A DNA stretch of 32,000 nucleotides from an archaeon GW2011_AR10 (lineage in GTDB: Archaea; Iainarchaeota; Iainarchaeia; Iainarchaeales; GW2011-AR10): NCBI GenBank assembly GCA_000830275.1, contig CP010424.1, positions 540,001 through 572,000 on the forward strand, in the 5' to 3' direction. Position numbers and translations under genes: made by a program. Within the stretch, counting starts at the first letter, position 1, and every line of letters begins with the position of its first letter. Below the pieces are notes generated by a model that was given only the letters and a program-made list of their open reading frames with translations, had not been told where the DNA came from and ran no database searches. Shown here piece after piece: positions 1 through 7,540 of the stretch.

Positions 1-2
1 AG

Positions 3-1106
3 GAAGGTTTTGCCTACAACGTGGAAGGCAATGACTTAACCATTAGAGTTGTTTCGTTTAATGATTCGCGCTGCCCTGAAGGGGTTCAGTGCGTTTGGGC
101 TGGAGAGCTTGGAGTAACACTGACAGTCAGTTCCGGGACCAATGCTCCGGACACAATTGGTTACAAGGAATCGCAAATCATTTTAGGGGAGACAACAAAT
201 CCTAGTGTGATTGTATTTAATCGGTACAGCTTTGAGTTAATTTCCATTGATTTTGAAGCAAAGGAAGCGCAAATAAAAGTCACGGAATGGAACCAAAGAG
301 AGCCGAATGAAAAGGAATGGTTTTCAATTGAGCCAATTCAGTGCCAAGGGAACTTATGGGATGAATGGGATGCAAAAGAATTGAATAAGAGAAAATGGGA
401 GGGTGAGGAAGAGCTTATTACTGTCTGGCTTGAGATCGTGAACGGAGTAAGGGTTTACGATTACGCTTCAAAGCAGGTTTACGAGATTGTGTGCTTGGCC
501 TGCTCGTGCCCGCGCGGCGACAGGATAGCTGTATTGGTTAACAGCAGCAATTCAGCAAAAATGCTGGAGCTTGGCTGGGAAAAAATGGATAGCATCGCAT
601 GCACTGAGGAAGCAAAGCTCTGCCCTGATGGAAGCGCTGTTGGAAGGGAAGCGCCTTTCTGTGATTTTGCTCCCTGCCCTGGAGGAATTGAACCAGAGCA
701 ACCGCCTGAGGAAGAATTCTTCATCCAAAAAACAAATGTGCCTGGATTCACGATTGACCCATCTGTACTTACAACAACAATTTATTTGGACGGGCAGGTT
801 ATGATTGAGGAGGAACAAAGTTTTCCTGTCGGCGGCGATACACCTGTTTCAGTTGAATTGCGCCAAATCAGCACTGAAAGCGTTGCTGAACTAAAGCAAG
901 TGATAAATGGAACGAATTTCTTTGAATTAACGGAAGAAGATGCAAGGCAGTGCGTTGCTGATGCTCCCACAATTACGCTTGAAATAAACCTTGAGGAAAA
1001 CTCTAACTCTGTTTACGGCATTGGCTCTGAATGCGAGCAGGAAAAACTTGTAGCCGCATACGAAATTCTCAGCGCAATTGATGAATTGCAGTTTTTAACT
1101 GAGTGA
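3..1106 (+). CDS. Cysteine-rich secreted/hypothetical protein, probably 5'-partial
   Basis: ORF track 21..1106. The frame stays open back to nt 3 (EGFAYN precedes the GTG), so the N-terminus probably lies outside the window. Paired-Cys motifs are SRCPEGVQCVWAG and CPDGSAVGREAPFCDFAPCP. No family recognised. Confidence 0.6.
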   Translation, partial: EGFAYNVEGNDLTIRVVSFNDSRCPEGVQCVWAGELGVTLTVSSGTNAPDTIGYKESQIILGETTNPSVIVFNRYSFELISIDFEAKEAQIKVTEWNQREPNEKEWFSIEPIQCQGNLWDEWDAKELNKRKWEGEEELITVWLEIVNGVRVYDYASKQVYEIVCLACSCPRGDRIAVLVNSSNSAKMLELGWEKMDSIACTEEAKLCPDGSAVGREAPFCDFAPCPGGIEPEQPPEEEFFIQKTNVPGFTIDPSVLTTTIYLDGQVMIEEEQSFPVGGDTPVSVELRQISTESVAELKQVINGTNFFELTEEDARQCVADAPTITLEINLEENSNSVYGIGSECEQEKLVAAYEILSAIDELQFLTE

Positions 1107-1117
1107 TTCTTTAGAAG

Positions 1118-1213
1118 CTATAGCAGGCGACATTAATTTTTGAACATTTATTGTAGCCTGATAGATAGCAAATGACCTTATTTGTTCAACTATTTTTGTC
1201 ATTTGCTATAACT
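1118..1213. repeat. Two-hairpin copy (types IV + I) of the CTATAG-bounded hairpin family
   Basis: Hairpin 1a: CAGGCGACA 1124-1132 pairs with TGTAGCCTG 1152-1160 (one mismatch); the loop contains TTAATTTTTGAACATTTA. Hairpin 1b: ATAGCAAATGAC 1165-1176 pairs with GTCATTTGCTAT 1198-1209 (12 bp, perfect). The copy ends in TTGCTATAACT (1203-1213). Confidence 0.8.
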
Positions 1214-1229
1214 GTTGAAGCCAGTCCTT

Positions 1230-1625
1230 CTAGATGATTTCTTTTTTTATGTTCGTGAATCTTTGAAAATGTTTGTCTTTTGTGAGCACAGTGAGATCGT
1301 TTTCCCCAGCGGTTGCAGCTATTATGCAGTCTATCAGGCCAACTTGGCGACCGCTCTTTTTAATGCCCTTATTGGCTTCGAACCACATCTTGCCAGCTGT
1401 GAATTCACCTGCACGGGAACTATTGAGAATTCCACTGCAGGAGGTTTCCACTCTTGGAAGTATCTGCGCTGCAGCAAAGTTGTTTGAGTGGCACCATTTG
1501 CTCATCTCCACTATTGTTACTGCACATGCATAGCGGTCTTTGCCTGCAATTTTTTTCATTGCGTTTTTTCCGCTTTCCGTTTCCCGAAAAATATCTATCC
1601 ATACGGATGTGTCAACCAAGTACAT
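1230..1625 (-). CDS. vapC: PIN-domain toxin (VapC family)
   Basis: The ORF track extends to 1652, but the ATG at 1625 gives MYLVDTSVWIDIF, a typical PIN N-terminus with the conserved Asp. It lies 1 nt after the stop of the upstream AbrB-type ORF. The later LIDCIIAATA and VLTKD segments fit the PIN fold. Confidence 0.8.
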   Translation of the reverse strand: MYLVDTSVWIDIFRETESGKNAMKKIAGKDRYACAVTIVEMSKWCHSNNFAAAQILPRVETSCSGILNSSRAGEFTAGKMWFEANKGIKKSGRQVGLIDCIIAATAGENDLTVLTKDKHFQRFTNIKKEII

Positions 1626-1626
1626 T

Positions 1627-1842
1627 TCAGAAAACCCTGTCTTTTTCCTCACGCTTAAATGGCTTTGCTCCCTTGGCTATGCCGAATAGTTCTGATAGAG
1701 CCCTTTCATTGTCCTGCCTTATGACGCTTATTTTCAATGTTTGGTTGAATTTCAGTTTGTTTTCTTTCAAATCCTTCTTTTTGATGGCAATTGCTGCAGA
1801 ATTGCCAAGCCTTACCACTTTGCCTTCAATCATATCAATCAC
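1627..1842 (-). CDS. vapB: AbrB/SpoVT-type antitoxin (VapB-like)
   Basis: 71 aa. GKVVRLGNSAAIAIKKKDL resembles the swapped-hairpin AbrB/SpoVT DNA-binding motif. It sits immediately upstream of the PIN gene on the same strand. Confidence 0.7.
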   Translation of the reverse strand: MIDMIEGKVVRLGNSAAIAIKKKDLKENKLKFNQTLKISVIRQDNERALSELFGIAKGAKPFKREEKDRVF

Positions 1843-1849
1843 CTATGTA

Positions 1850-1861
1850 ATAACTTGTTAT
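1850..1861. promoter_or_regulatory. Short inverted repeat ATAAC-TT-GTTAT upstream of vapB (candidate operator)
   Basis: A 5-bp-arm palindrome lies 8-19 nt upstream of the vapB ATG at 1842. AbrB-type antitoxins usually autoregulate through palindromes. The repeat is short, so support is weak. Confidence 0.25.
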
Positions 1862-1931
1862 AACTATTTTTAATATGTTTTGTGTCCTGCAAGACAGTTA
1901 GCTGCTGAGGAAGTTATGCGGATTTGTAAGG

Positions 1932-1939
1932 TTTTTATA
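1932..1939 (+). promoter_or_regulatory. TATA-like box (TTTTTATA) about 26 nt upstream of the 1962 ATG
   Basis: The spacing fits an archaeal TATA box driving a leaderless or near-leaderless mRNA. No Shine-Dalgarno-like purine run lies between the box and the ATG. Confidence 0.45.
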
Positions 1940-1961
1940 GTGGTTTTATGTATTTTTTTCT

Positions 1962-2660
1962 ATGGTAAAGCAAGCATTCATTCTCGCAGGCGGTAAAGGG
2001 GAAAGGCTGAAGCCATTAACGAACGAAATGCCTAAACCCCTGTTGGATGTGGATGGCAAGCCGATACTGCAGCACGTAGTGGAGGGGTTAACGGAGCAAG
2101 GCATTAATGAAATCGTGCTCGCGGTTGGCTACAAGCACGAAAAAATCAAAAAATTTTTTGGAAGCGGAGAAAAATTCGGCGCAAAAATCAAGTACATTGT
2201 TGAAAAAGAATTTCTAGGCACTGGAGGGGCGCTTAAAAACGCGGAGCGAATGCTACACGAAAGGTTTTTGATGCTGAACGGCGACAATCTTGCTGATTTT
2301 GATTATAGTGCAATGGAGAAACTGCACGAACAAGAAAAAGCGCTTGCAACAATTGCATTGGTGGAAGTTGCAGACCCCAGCGCATACGGAGTAGCAGAAC
2401 TCCAAGGAAAAAAAATAATCAGGTTCATTGAAAAGCCCCCTAAAGGAAAAGCGCCAAGCAACCTAATCAATGCCGGGGCATACGTGCTGGAAAAAAAAGC
2501 GCTGAAATTCCTGCCAAGCGGTTTTAATCTGATTGAGAAAACGCTTTTCCCTGAGCTCGCAAAACAGGATAGGCTCGCTGGTTACAGGCATTCAGGAAAA
2601 TGGTTTGCGCTTGACACAAAAGAAAAACTTGAGGAAGCAAAGCGCGAGTGGAAAAAATAG
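1962..2660 (+). CDS. Sugar-1-phosphate nucleotidyltransferase (short NTP_transferase type, Glc-1-P/Man-1-P family)
   Basis: The N-terminal signature is AFILAGGKGERLKPLTNEMPKPLL (GxGxRL...K). LMLNGDN and INAGAYV are typical of the family. 232 aa. Confidence 0.85.
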   Translation: MVKQAFILAGGKGERLKPLTNEMPKPLLDVDGKPILQHVVEGLTEQGINEIVLAVGYKHEKIKKFFGSGEKFGAKIKYIVEKEFLGTGGALKNAERMLHERFLMLNGDNLADFDYSAMEKLHEQEKALATIALVEVADPSAYGVAELQGKKIIRFIEKPPKGKAPSNLINAGAYVLEKKALKFLPSGFNLIEKTLFPELAKQDRLAGYRHSGKWFALDTKEKLEEAKREWKK

Positions 2661-2670
2661 CCGGGAAATG

Positions 2671-2687
2671 AAAAGCAACCTGCTTTT
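2671..2687. terminator. Small hairpin AAAAGC-aacct-GCTTTT between convergent genes
   Basis: A 6-bp perfect stem with a 5-nt loop lies in the 44-nt gap between the 2660 (+) and 2705 (-) gene ends. The T-run on the + strand and A-run on the other side make it a candidate bidirectional terminator. Confidence 0.3.
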
Positions 2688-2704
2688 ACAATTGCCACGC
2701 CAAA

Positions 2705-3076
2705 TTATTTAACGAATTCCACGTTTGGCATGCCTTCAAATGCTTTATCCCCTGTAACAAACATTAATCTGTTTTCTTTTGCCAGCACATAACCTATAGA
2801 GTCAATGTAGGAAAACTTTTTCCTGGAATTTTCTTTTCTAAAAATCGCTATTTTTGAAACTTGGCCTTCCTGTATTTCGAGTGCAGTGAACTTCGTAGAA
2901 TCAAGTATTTTTAATGCATTTTCCTTTGAAAATGATTTAAACAAGTGATAGGCGACTTCCACAAGGTTAATTCTGGTTGAAAAAGGAATTGCACCTGAAA
3001 ACTTATCATAGTTCGGGTTGCCCCTGAGAATCTCGATTATTGCATAAGAGTCAAGAAAATAGCTTTTCTCTTTCAT
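2705..3076 (-). CDS. vapC: PIN-domain toxin (VapC family)
   Basis: SYFLDSYAIIEIL (N-terminal Asp) and FVTGDKAF near the C-terminus are typical PIN features. 123 aa. It lies directly downstream of, and overlaps, an AbrB-type ORF. Confidence 0.75.
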   Translation of the reverse strand: MKEKSYFLDSYAIIEILRGNPNYDKFSGAIPFSTRINLVEVAYHLFKSFSKENALKILDSTKFTALEIQEGQVSKIAIFRKENSRKKFSYIDSIGYVLAKENRLMFVTGDKAFEGMPNVEFVK

Positions 3077-3290
3077 GGTCCTCTTCCCTAAGTTTGCCCT
3101 TTAGTTTTTGCGCATCTATTTTCCAGCCAGCGGCAAGGCCGAAAAAATCCTTCACCGTTGACTTTTTTTCCTTATGAAAGTCTATGAAAAATTTTTCATT
3201 TTCTTTGATGCCTTCTTTTTCTACGGCTTCCTTTGGCAAGGTAACACCCAAAGAATTCCCCCATTTTCTTGCTATAACTTCTACTTCCAT
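3051..3290 (-). CDS. vapB: AbrB/MazE-type antitoxin (VapB-like)
   Basis: The motif is ARKWGNSLGVTLPKEAVEKEGIKE (SpoVT/AbrB fold). 79 aa. Its 3' end overlaps the PIN gene start by 26 nt. Confidence 0.75.
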   Translation of the reverse strand: MEVEVIARKWGNSLGVTLPKEAVEKEGIKENEKFFIDFHKEKKSTVKDFFGLAAGWKIDAQKLKGKLREEDHEREKLFS

Positions 3291-3301
3291 AAAAACACCT
3301 A

Positions 3302-3325
3302 AATATAATTTGATATAATTATATT
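3302..3325. promoter_or_regulatory. Inverted repeat AATATAATT-N6-AATTATATT upstream of vapB (promoter/operator candidate)
   Basis: 9-bp perfect arms lie 12-35 nt upstream of the 3290 start. The repeat overlaps TATA-like sequence on the minus strand. Confidence 0.4.
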
Positions 3326-3393
3326 AAAAACCTTTCTTCATCGCTTCACTCGCCAAAAAATTTCGGAAGCAAAGCGCGGGTGGAACTAAGCAG

Positions 3394-3873
3394 CTATTTT
3401 CTTCTCCTGAACCTGCTGCGCAGCTTTGCAAAAACAGATTTTTTGCGCAGAGATGATTCACGGCGTTGTTTTTGCAGTTTCTTCAAGTCAAGCGGCGCTG
3501 GAACCTTCAATATTTCTCCAAGTCCGCCAATTGACCCCCTCTTTATTTCTCTGGCCAAGAGTCTTTTACCGGACTGTGAAAGTCTCACCGAATTCATTAT
3601 AGGAACAATTGTCGTGCAGCCCTTTGATTTGCCCCACTTAATAACTCTAACGAGAAGCTCCTGCATAGGAGTTCTGCCTTCGCCAGTAACTTTCTTGGTT
3701 AATCTGAAAAAAGAAAGATTTGAGCTAATATTTTCAGATCCGATTGATGTAATGACAATAAAATTGCCGGGTGCATCTACAGCATGTAAAGCAGCAACTA
3801 TTTTTCCATTATCATAAAACCGAAACCCAACTCCATTTCCAAAATGAAATTCCCTTATTTCAAACCTCGCCAT
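3394..3873 (-). CDS. Hypothetical protein, weakly GNAT-like core with a strongly basic C-terminal tail
   Basis: ATG start. TGEGRTPMQELLVRVIKWGKSKGCTTIV loosely resembles GNAT motif A. The tail is QKQRRESSLRKKSVFAKLRSRFRRRK. The antisense ORF 3380..3817 looks like a shadow frame. Confidence 0.55.
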   Translation of the reverse strand: MARFEIREFHFGNGVGFRFYDNGKIVAALHAVDAPGNFIVITSIGSENISSNLSFFRLTKKVTGEGRTPMQELLVRVIKWGKSKGCTTIVPIMNSVRLSQSGKRLLAREIKRGSIGGLGEILKVPAPLDLKKLQKQRRESSLRKKSVFAKLRSRFRRRK

Positions 3874-3907
3874 AATATAATTAAACGATTCCGAGTATTA
3901 AACATTT

Positions 3908-3946
3908 CTTATAAAGGAATCTTATAAAGGAATCTTATAAAGGAAT
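3908..3946. repeat. Perfect tandem repeat, 3 x 13 bp (CTTATAAAGGAAT)
   Basis: Read directly from the sequence. Each unit carries TTTATAA on the minus strand (TATA-box-like). The nearest unit lies about 36-42 nt upstream of the 3873 ATG. Confidence 0.9.
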
Positions 3947-4208
3947 GACCAAACAAAATCTAGTGCGGTAAAACCTCGGAAAAGAGCCAGATTGATGCAA
4001 GCGCAACAGCAACCAAAAAAACTTCCGCCGTGTTAAGGTTGATGCCGCAAATTATTGGGCTGTGCAGCTCAACCCAAGGCAGAAAATCAAGAAAAATTAT
4101 TGCCAAAAAGGTTATGTATATCCATCAATTTTTCCCGGAAAGTTGATCGCCGGCAAAAAATAATTTTTTTTGATTATGTATCAGAACAATATCAAGGTTT
4201 TTAAAAAG

Positions 4209-4216
4209 TTTTATAC
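4209..4216 (+). promoter_or_regulatory. TATA-like box (TTTTATAC) upstream of the surface-protein gene
   Basis: It lies about 35 nt upstream of the TTG at 4247 and about 50 nt upstream of the TTG at 4262. An A-rich stretch precedes it. Confidence 0.35.
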
Positions 4217-4246
4217 ACGCTTTACTTTAATTTCTCGTGCTTTTAT

Positions 4247-7200
4247 TTGGGGGAAACACAATTGAGTCATGCTAAACTGTTCCTTTGCCTTTTCCTGCTC
4301 TTCGGAGTGCTGCAGGTTTCAGCTGCAGTTCCAAGCGTTTCAGTTGTGAGCCCAAGCGCTGACGGCAACTATCTAAAAGGCACAGCCGGCATTGTTTTCA
4401 CTGTTTTGGACTCTGATGCGCCAGCAGACATTAACGCGAACATATATTATAGCAGTTCAGCTGGAGCGCACACCAATGCAGTTCAGCTGAATTATGCCTT
4501 GAACGCCTCCAGTTGCGATGGCACAGACTTCACCTCAACAAGAACCTGCTCTTACAGCTGGAACACAACAGGAGCAGCTGACGGGAACTACTTTATTGAT
4601 GTTAACGTTGTAACAAGCATTGACTCCGCGGAAGACTCCTCTGACAACGATTTCAGGGTTGACAACACTGCTCCTTCAACAAGCTCTGATGTTAATTCAG
4701 GCACATGGCAAAAATTTGATTTCACAATTACTCTTACTTGCACAGACTCTGGCGGCTGCTCTTCCACTGCTTACAGGGTTGATTCAGGAGCATGGAGCAC
4801 TGGCAACAGCGTTTCCATAACAACTGACGGCAACCACCAAGTGGATTTCAATTCAACAGACCTTGCTAGAAACGTGGAAAGCACTAAAACTGTTTACGCT
4901 TTGCGCGACACAACCATTCCAACGATTTCTATTTCATCTCCTGCAAATGGGAGCACAACTTCAGGCAACACAGTTGCATTTGACTTAAATGATGCATTGG
5001 GAGCAGTTAACCTGAGCAGCATTGCGGTTGACATTAACGGCACTGCCTCAACTGCATTCAGTTCAAGCAGTTGCTCTGATGTAAACGGCCAAGCGCACTG
5101 CTCTTACACTGAAACAAAGTTTGACACAAACAGTGCTGACTACAATGTTGCTGTGAGAGCCTCAGACAAGGCAGGCAACAAGGCAGCACAAGCTCAATCC
5201 TTGTTCAAATACCTTGACTCTGCTGCTCCAAGCCAAGTAACAGGCTTTACTTCCGCCTCTGGCAACGGGCAAATCCAATTGAGTTGGACTGCTAACAGCG
5301 CAACAGACCTAAACCATTACAATGTTTACATGAGCACTTCATCTGGCTTTGCAACTGACGGCAACACTTTAATCGCTGTTGTTGCTGCCGGCACAAATTC
5401 TTACACTAAAACAGGCCTAAGCAACGGGACAACCTATTACTTTAAGGTCAGCGCTGAAGACAAAACAGGGAATGAGGGAGCAGACTCTGACCAGATAAAT
5501 GCGGCTCCAACCGCTGGCGGCTCTGGTTTAAGCTCTCCAAGCATTTCAAGTTCAACCCACACGCATGACTCTTGGAGCACTAACAACCTGCCTTCTTTTT
5601 CTTGGGGCTCGGTTTCAGGCGCTGACAACTACAGCTACGAATTCAACCAGTCAAGCGATTCAACGCCTGACACTTCATCTGACACTTCGGGCACTTCTTA
5701 CAGCCCCGGCACCAAAGATGATGGCATATGGTATTTCCATGTGAGGGCGTGCGCTTCAGGAAGCTGCGGGAGCACCTCGCATTTCACTGTTAAGATTGAC
5801 ACTACCGGGCCAGAGCAGGTAACTGACCTGACAATCAACGCTAATGCTGATGGCACAATGGACCTTGAATGGGATTCAGCATCTGACAGGCCATCAGGCA
5901 ACAACTCTGGAGTGAAAGAGTACTGGGTTTACAGGGACAACGAAAATGATTTCAGCGTGAGCAATACAAAGAGGGTTGGCATTACCAGTTCAAGCAATTT
6001 CACTGATGACGGCAGTGACCTCATAAAAGATGTAAGGTATTATTACAAGGTGCGGGCAGTTGACAACGCAGGAAACTCTGGCCAGATAAGCGCTGAGGTT
6101 TCAGCTCAGGCGAGTAAGACTGGCGCATGCGACTTTGATGTTTCATTCAGCTTTGACGAGTTTGTCGGCTCCGGCAAAATAACAGTTGGGGCAAGCTCTA
6201 ATTCCTCAATGTCAGACATTGTTTTCAGGCTGCGAGTTCCGGGAATTGGCTACCTTAAAGAGGAAAGCATTGACTCTTCCTCCAGAAGCGTAACAGCAAC
6301 GTATGATGTTAACTCTAACTTTGACGGGAAAACAGCGGAGTTTTCTTTGAGCGCAAAGGACAACTCTGGCAATGAATGTTTTTTCAGGGCTACGCCAAAA
6401 ATTGACGGCAAAGCCCCTTCGGTTGACTGGCTGAGCCCATTAGAAGAAGCAGAGCTTGACTTGAGCAGGGAGCAGTCACTTGAAGTGAGTGTAACTGATG
6501 AAGGCTCCGGAGTGAAAGAGGTTGAATTTTTTTACGATAGCGGTTCAGGGTTTGTTTCATTAGGGAAAGATTCAAGCGGTGTTTCAGGCAAGTATTCAAT
6601 TGAAACTTCAAGCATTCAGGCAGGAGAGAACGGCTTAAAGCTGAAAGCAGTTGCAACTGATAATGCTGGAAACGAAGCGGAAGCAGAAATCCAAACATCG
6701 GTTGAGCGTGCCTCAATTGTCGTGCTTACTTCAAACCAGAAAGAGTACGGAAGCCAAAGCTTTAATTACTCTGATGCAGACATTCCAACACTGCTTGCTG
6801 ATGCAGGACTCCAAGATTCGCTGATTGAAGAAGCTGAAGCCCTGTTCAATGAAAACACTGTTGAAAGGAACCTTGTTGTTTTAGAGGAAAATGGAACATT
6901 CACTGCAAGCGTTATTTTAATCGTGCGCAACAATTCAGCTGAAACACTTGACTTGCAGGTGGTTGAGGTTATTCCAAAAGAGTTCGCGCAGAAAGCTTCT
7001 GATATTGAGTCAAGCCGCTCTTTTGATGTTTTAAACTCTGATCCCGTAATAAAGTTTTTGCTGGAGGGCATTGAACCTGATGAAACGATTCTGATAACAT
7101 ATCAGTTGAAGGGTTCATTTAGTCAAGCAAAAGCAGACAGCATTCTTTCAAGTAGCATGACTGAAAAGTTCGCTGCTCCCCCAATAGTTCTCGGAGCAGA

Positions 7201-7474
7201 CAGTGAACTGGGAGACAGCTTTAAAGAAGAAACATCTCTTTCAGGGTTTTTGGCGCTCATTGCTTTAATCATTGTTTTGCTGGTTGCCATAATTGTTTTG
7301 CTGGCTGTTCTCGGCGGCGGCCTGTTCCTGCACCAAAGGAAAAGGCAAGGATTTGGGGCAACAACTGCACTGCACTATAGGAGGGACGACATGTTCGGAA
7401 AATTAAAGAAAGCACTCGAAGGGCAAGAAGTTATAGGGCCTAAACGAGGCAAGTTCGCTTGGAAAGGCAAATGA
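4247..7474 (+). CDS. Large cell-surface (S-layer-like) protein with Ig/FN3-like repeats and a C-terminal TM anchor
   Basis: It has a signal-like segment LFLCLFLLFGVLQVSAAVP. Ser/Thr/Asn/Asp-rich beta repeats include GTNSYTKTGLSNGTTYYFKVSAEDKTGNEG and VRYYYKVRAVDNAGNSG. A single C-terminal TM (LALIALIIVLLVAIIVLLAVLGGGLFL) is followed by a basic tail. The track start is TTG; the in-frame TTG at 4262, preceded by GGGGG, is an alternative start. Confidence 0.85.
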   Translation: MGETQLSHAKLFLCLFLLFGVLQVSAAVPSVSVVSPSADGNYLKGTAGIVFTVLDSDAPADINANIYYSSSAGAHTNAVQLNYALNASSCDGTDFTSTRTCSYSWNTTGAADGNYFIDVNVVTSIDSAEDSSDNDFRVDNTAPSTSSDVNSGTWQKFDFTITLTCTDSGGCSSTAYRVDSGAWSTGNSVSITTDGNHQVDFNSTDLARNVESTKTVYALRDTTIPTISISSPANGSTTSGNTVAFDLNDALGAVNLSSIAVDINGTASTAFSSSSCSDVNGQAHCSYTETKFDTNSADYNVAVRASDKAGNKAAQAQSLFKYLDSAAPSQVTGFTSASGNGQIQLSWTANSATDLNHYNVYMSTSSGFATDGNTLIAVVAAGTNSYTKTGLSNGTTYYFKVSAEDKTGNEGADSDQINAAPTAGGSGLSSPSISSSTHTHDSWSTNNLPSFSWGSVSGADNYSYEFNQSSDSTPDTSSDTSGTSYSPGTKDDGIWYFHVRACASGSCGSTSHFTVKIDTTGPEQVTDLTINANADGTMDLEWDSASDRPSGNNSGVKEYWVYRDNENDFSVSNTKRVGITSSSNFTDDGSDLIKDVRYYYKVRAVDNAGNSGQISAEVSAQASKTGACDFDVSFSFDEFVGSGKITVGASSNSSMSDIVFRLRVPGIGYLKEESIDSSSRSVTATYDVNSNFDGKTAEFSLSAKDNSGNECFFRATPKIDGKAPSVDWLSPLEEAELDLSREQSLEVSVTDEGSGVKEVEFFYDSGSGFVSLGKDSSGVSGKYSIETSSIQAGENGLKLKAVATDNAGNEAEAEIQTSVERASIVVLTSNQKEYGSQSFNYSDADIPTLLADAGLQDSLIEEAEALFNENTVERNLVVLEENGTFTASVILIVRNNSAETLDLQVVEVIPKEFAQKASDIESSRSFDVLNSDPVIKFLLEGIEPDETILITYQLKGSFSQAKADSILSSSMTEKFAAPPIVLGADSELGDSFKEETSLSGFLALIALIIVLLVAIIVLLAVLGGGLFLHQRKRQGFGATTALHYRRDDMFGKLKKALEGQEVIGPKRGKFAWKGK

Positions 7475-7540
7475 GTAACCCGCCAATCCAAAAATAGAAA
7501 AGCCCAATCAAAGCATTTAGCTTGCGCAACCACTAAGAGT

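Noticed and set aside
3269-3279. A third occurrence of the 11-mer TTGCTATAACT (the conserved end of the hairpin family) inside the vapB coding sequence
   Set aside because: It lies within the conserved N-terminal AbrB motif codons (EVIARKW on the minus strand). It has no complementary arm or loop motif nearby, so it is most simply a coincidence. It is worth re-checking only if a genome-wide model finds more coding hits.
3960-4106. A 48-codon minus-strand ORF with a hydrophobic segment (…VFLVAVALASIWLF…) in the ORF-poor region upstream of the surface-protein gene
   Set aside because: It is only reachable from a TTG start, has no upstream TATA- or SD-like signal that I can see, is very short and has no recognisable family. 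The evidence is insufficient to call it a gene.
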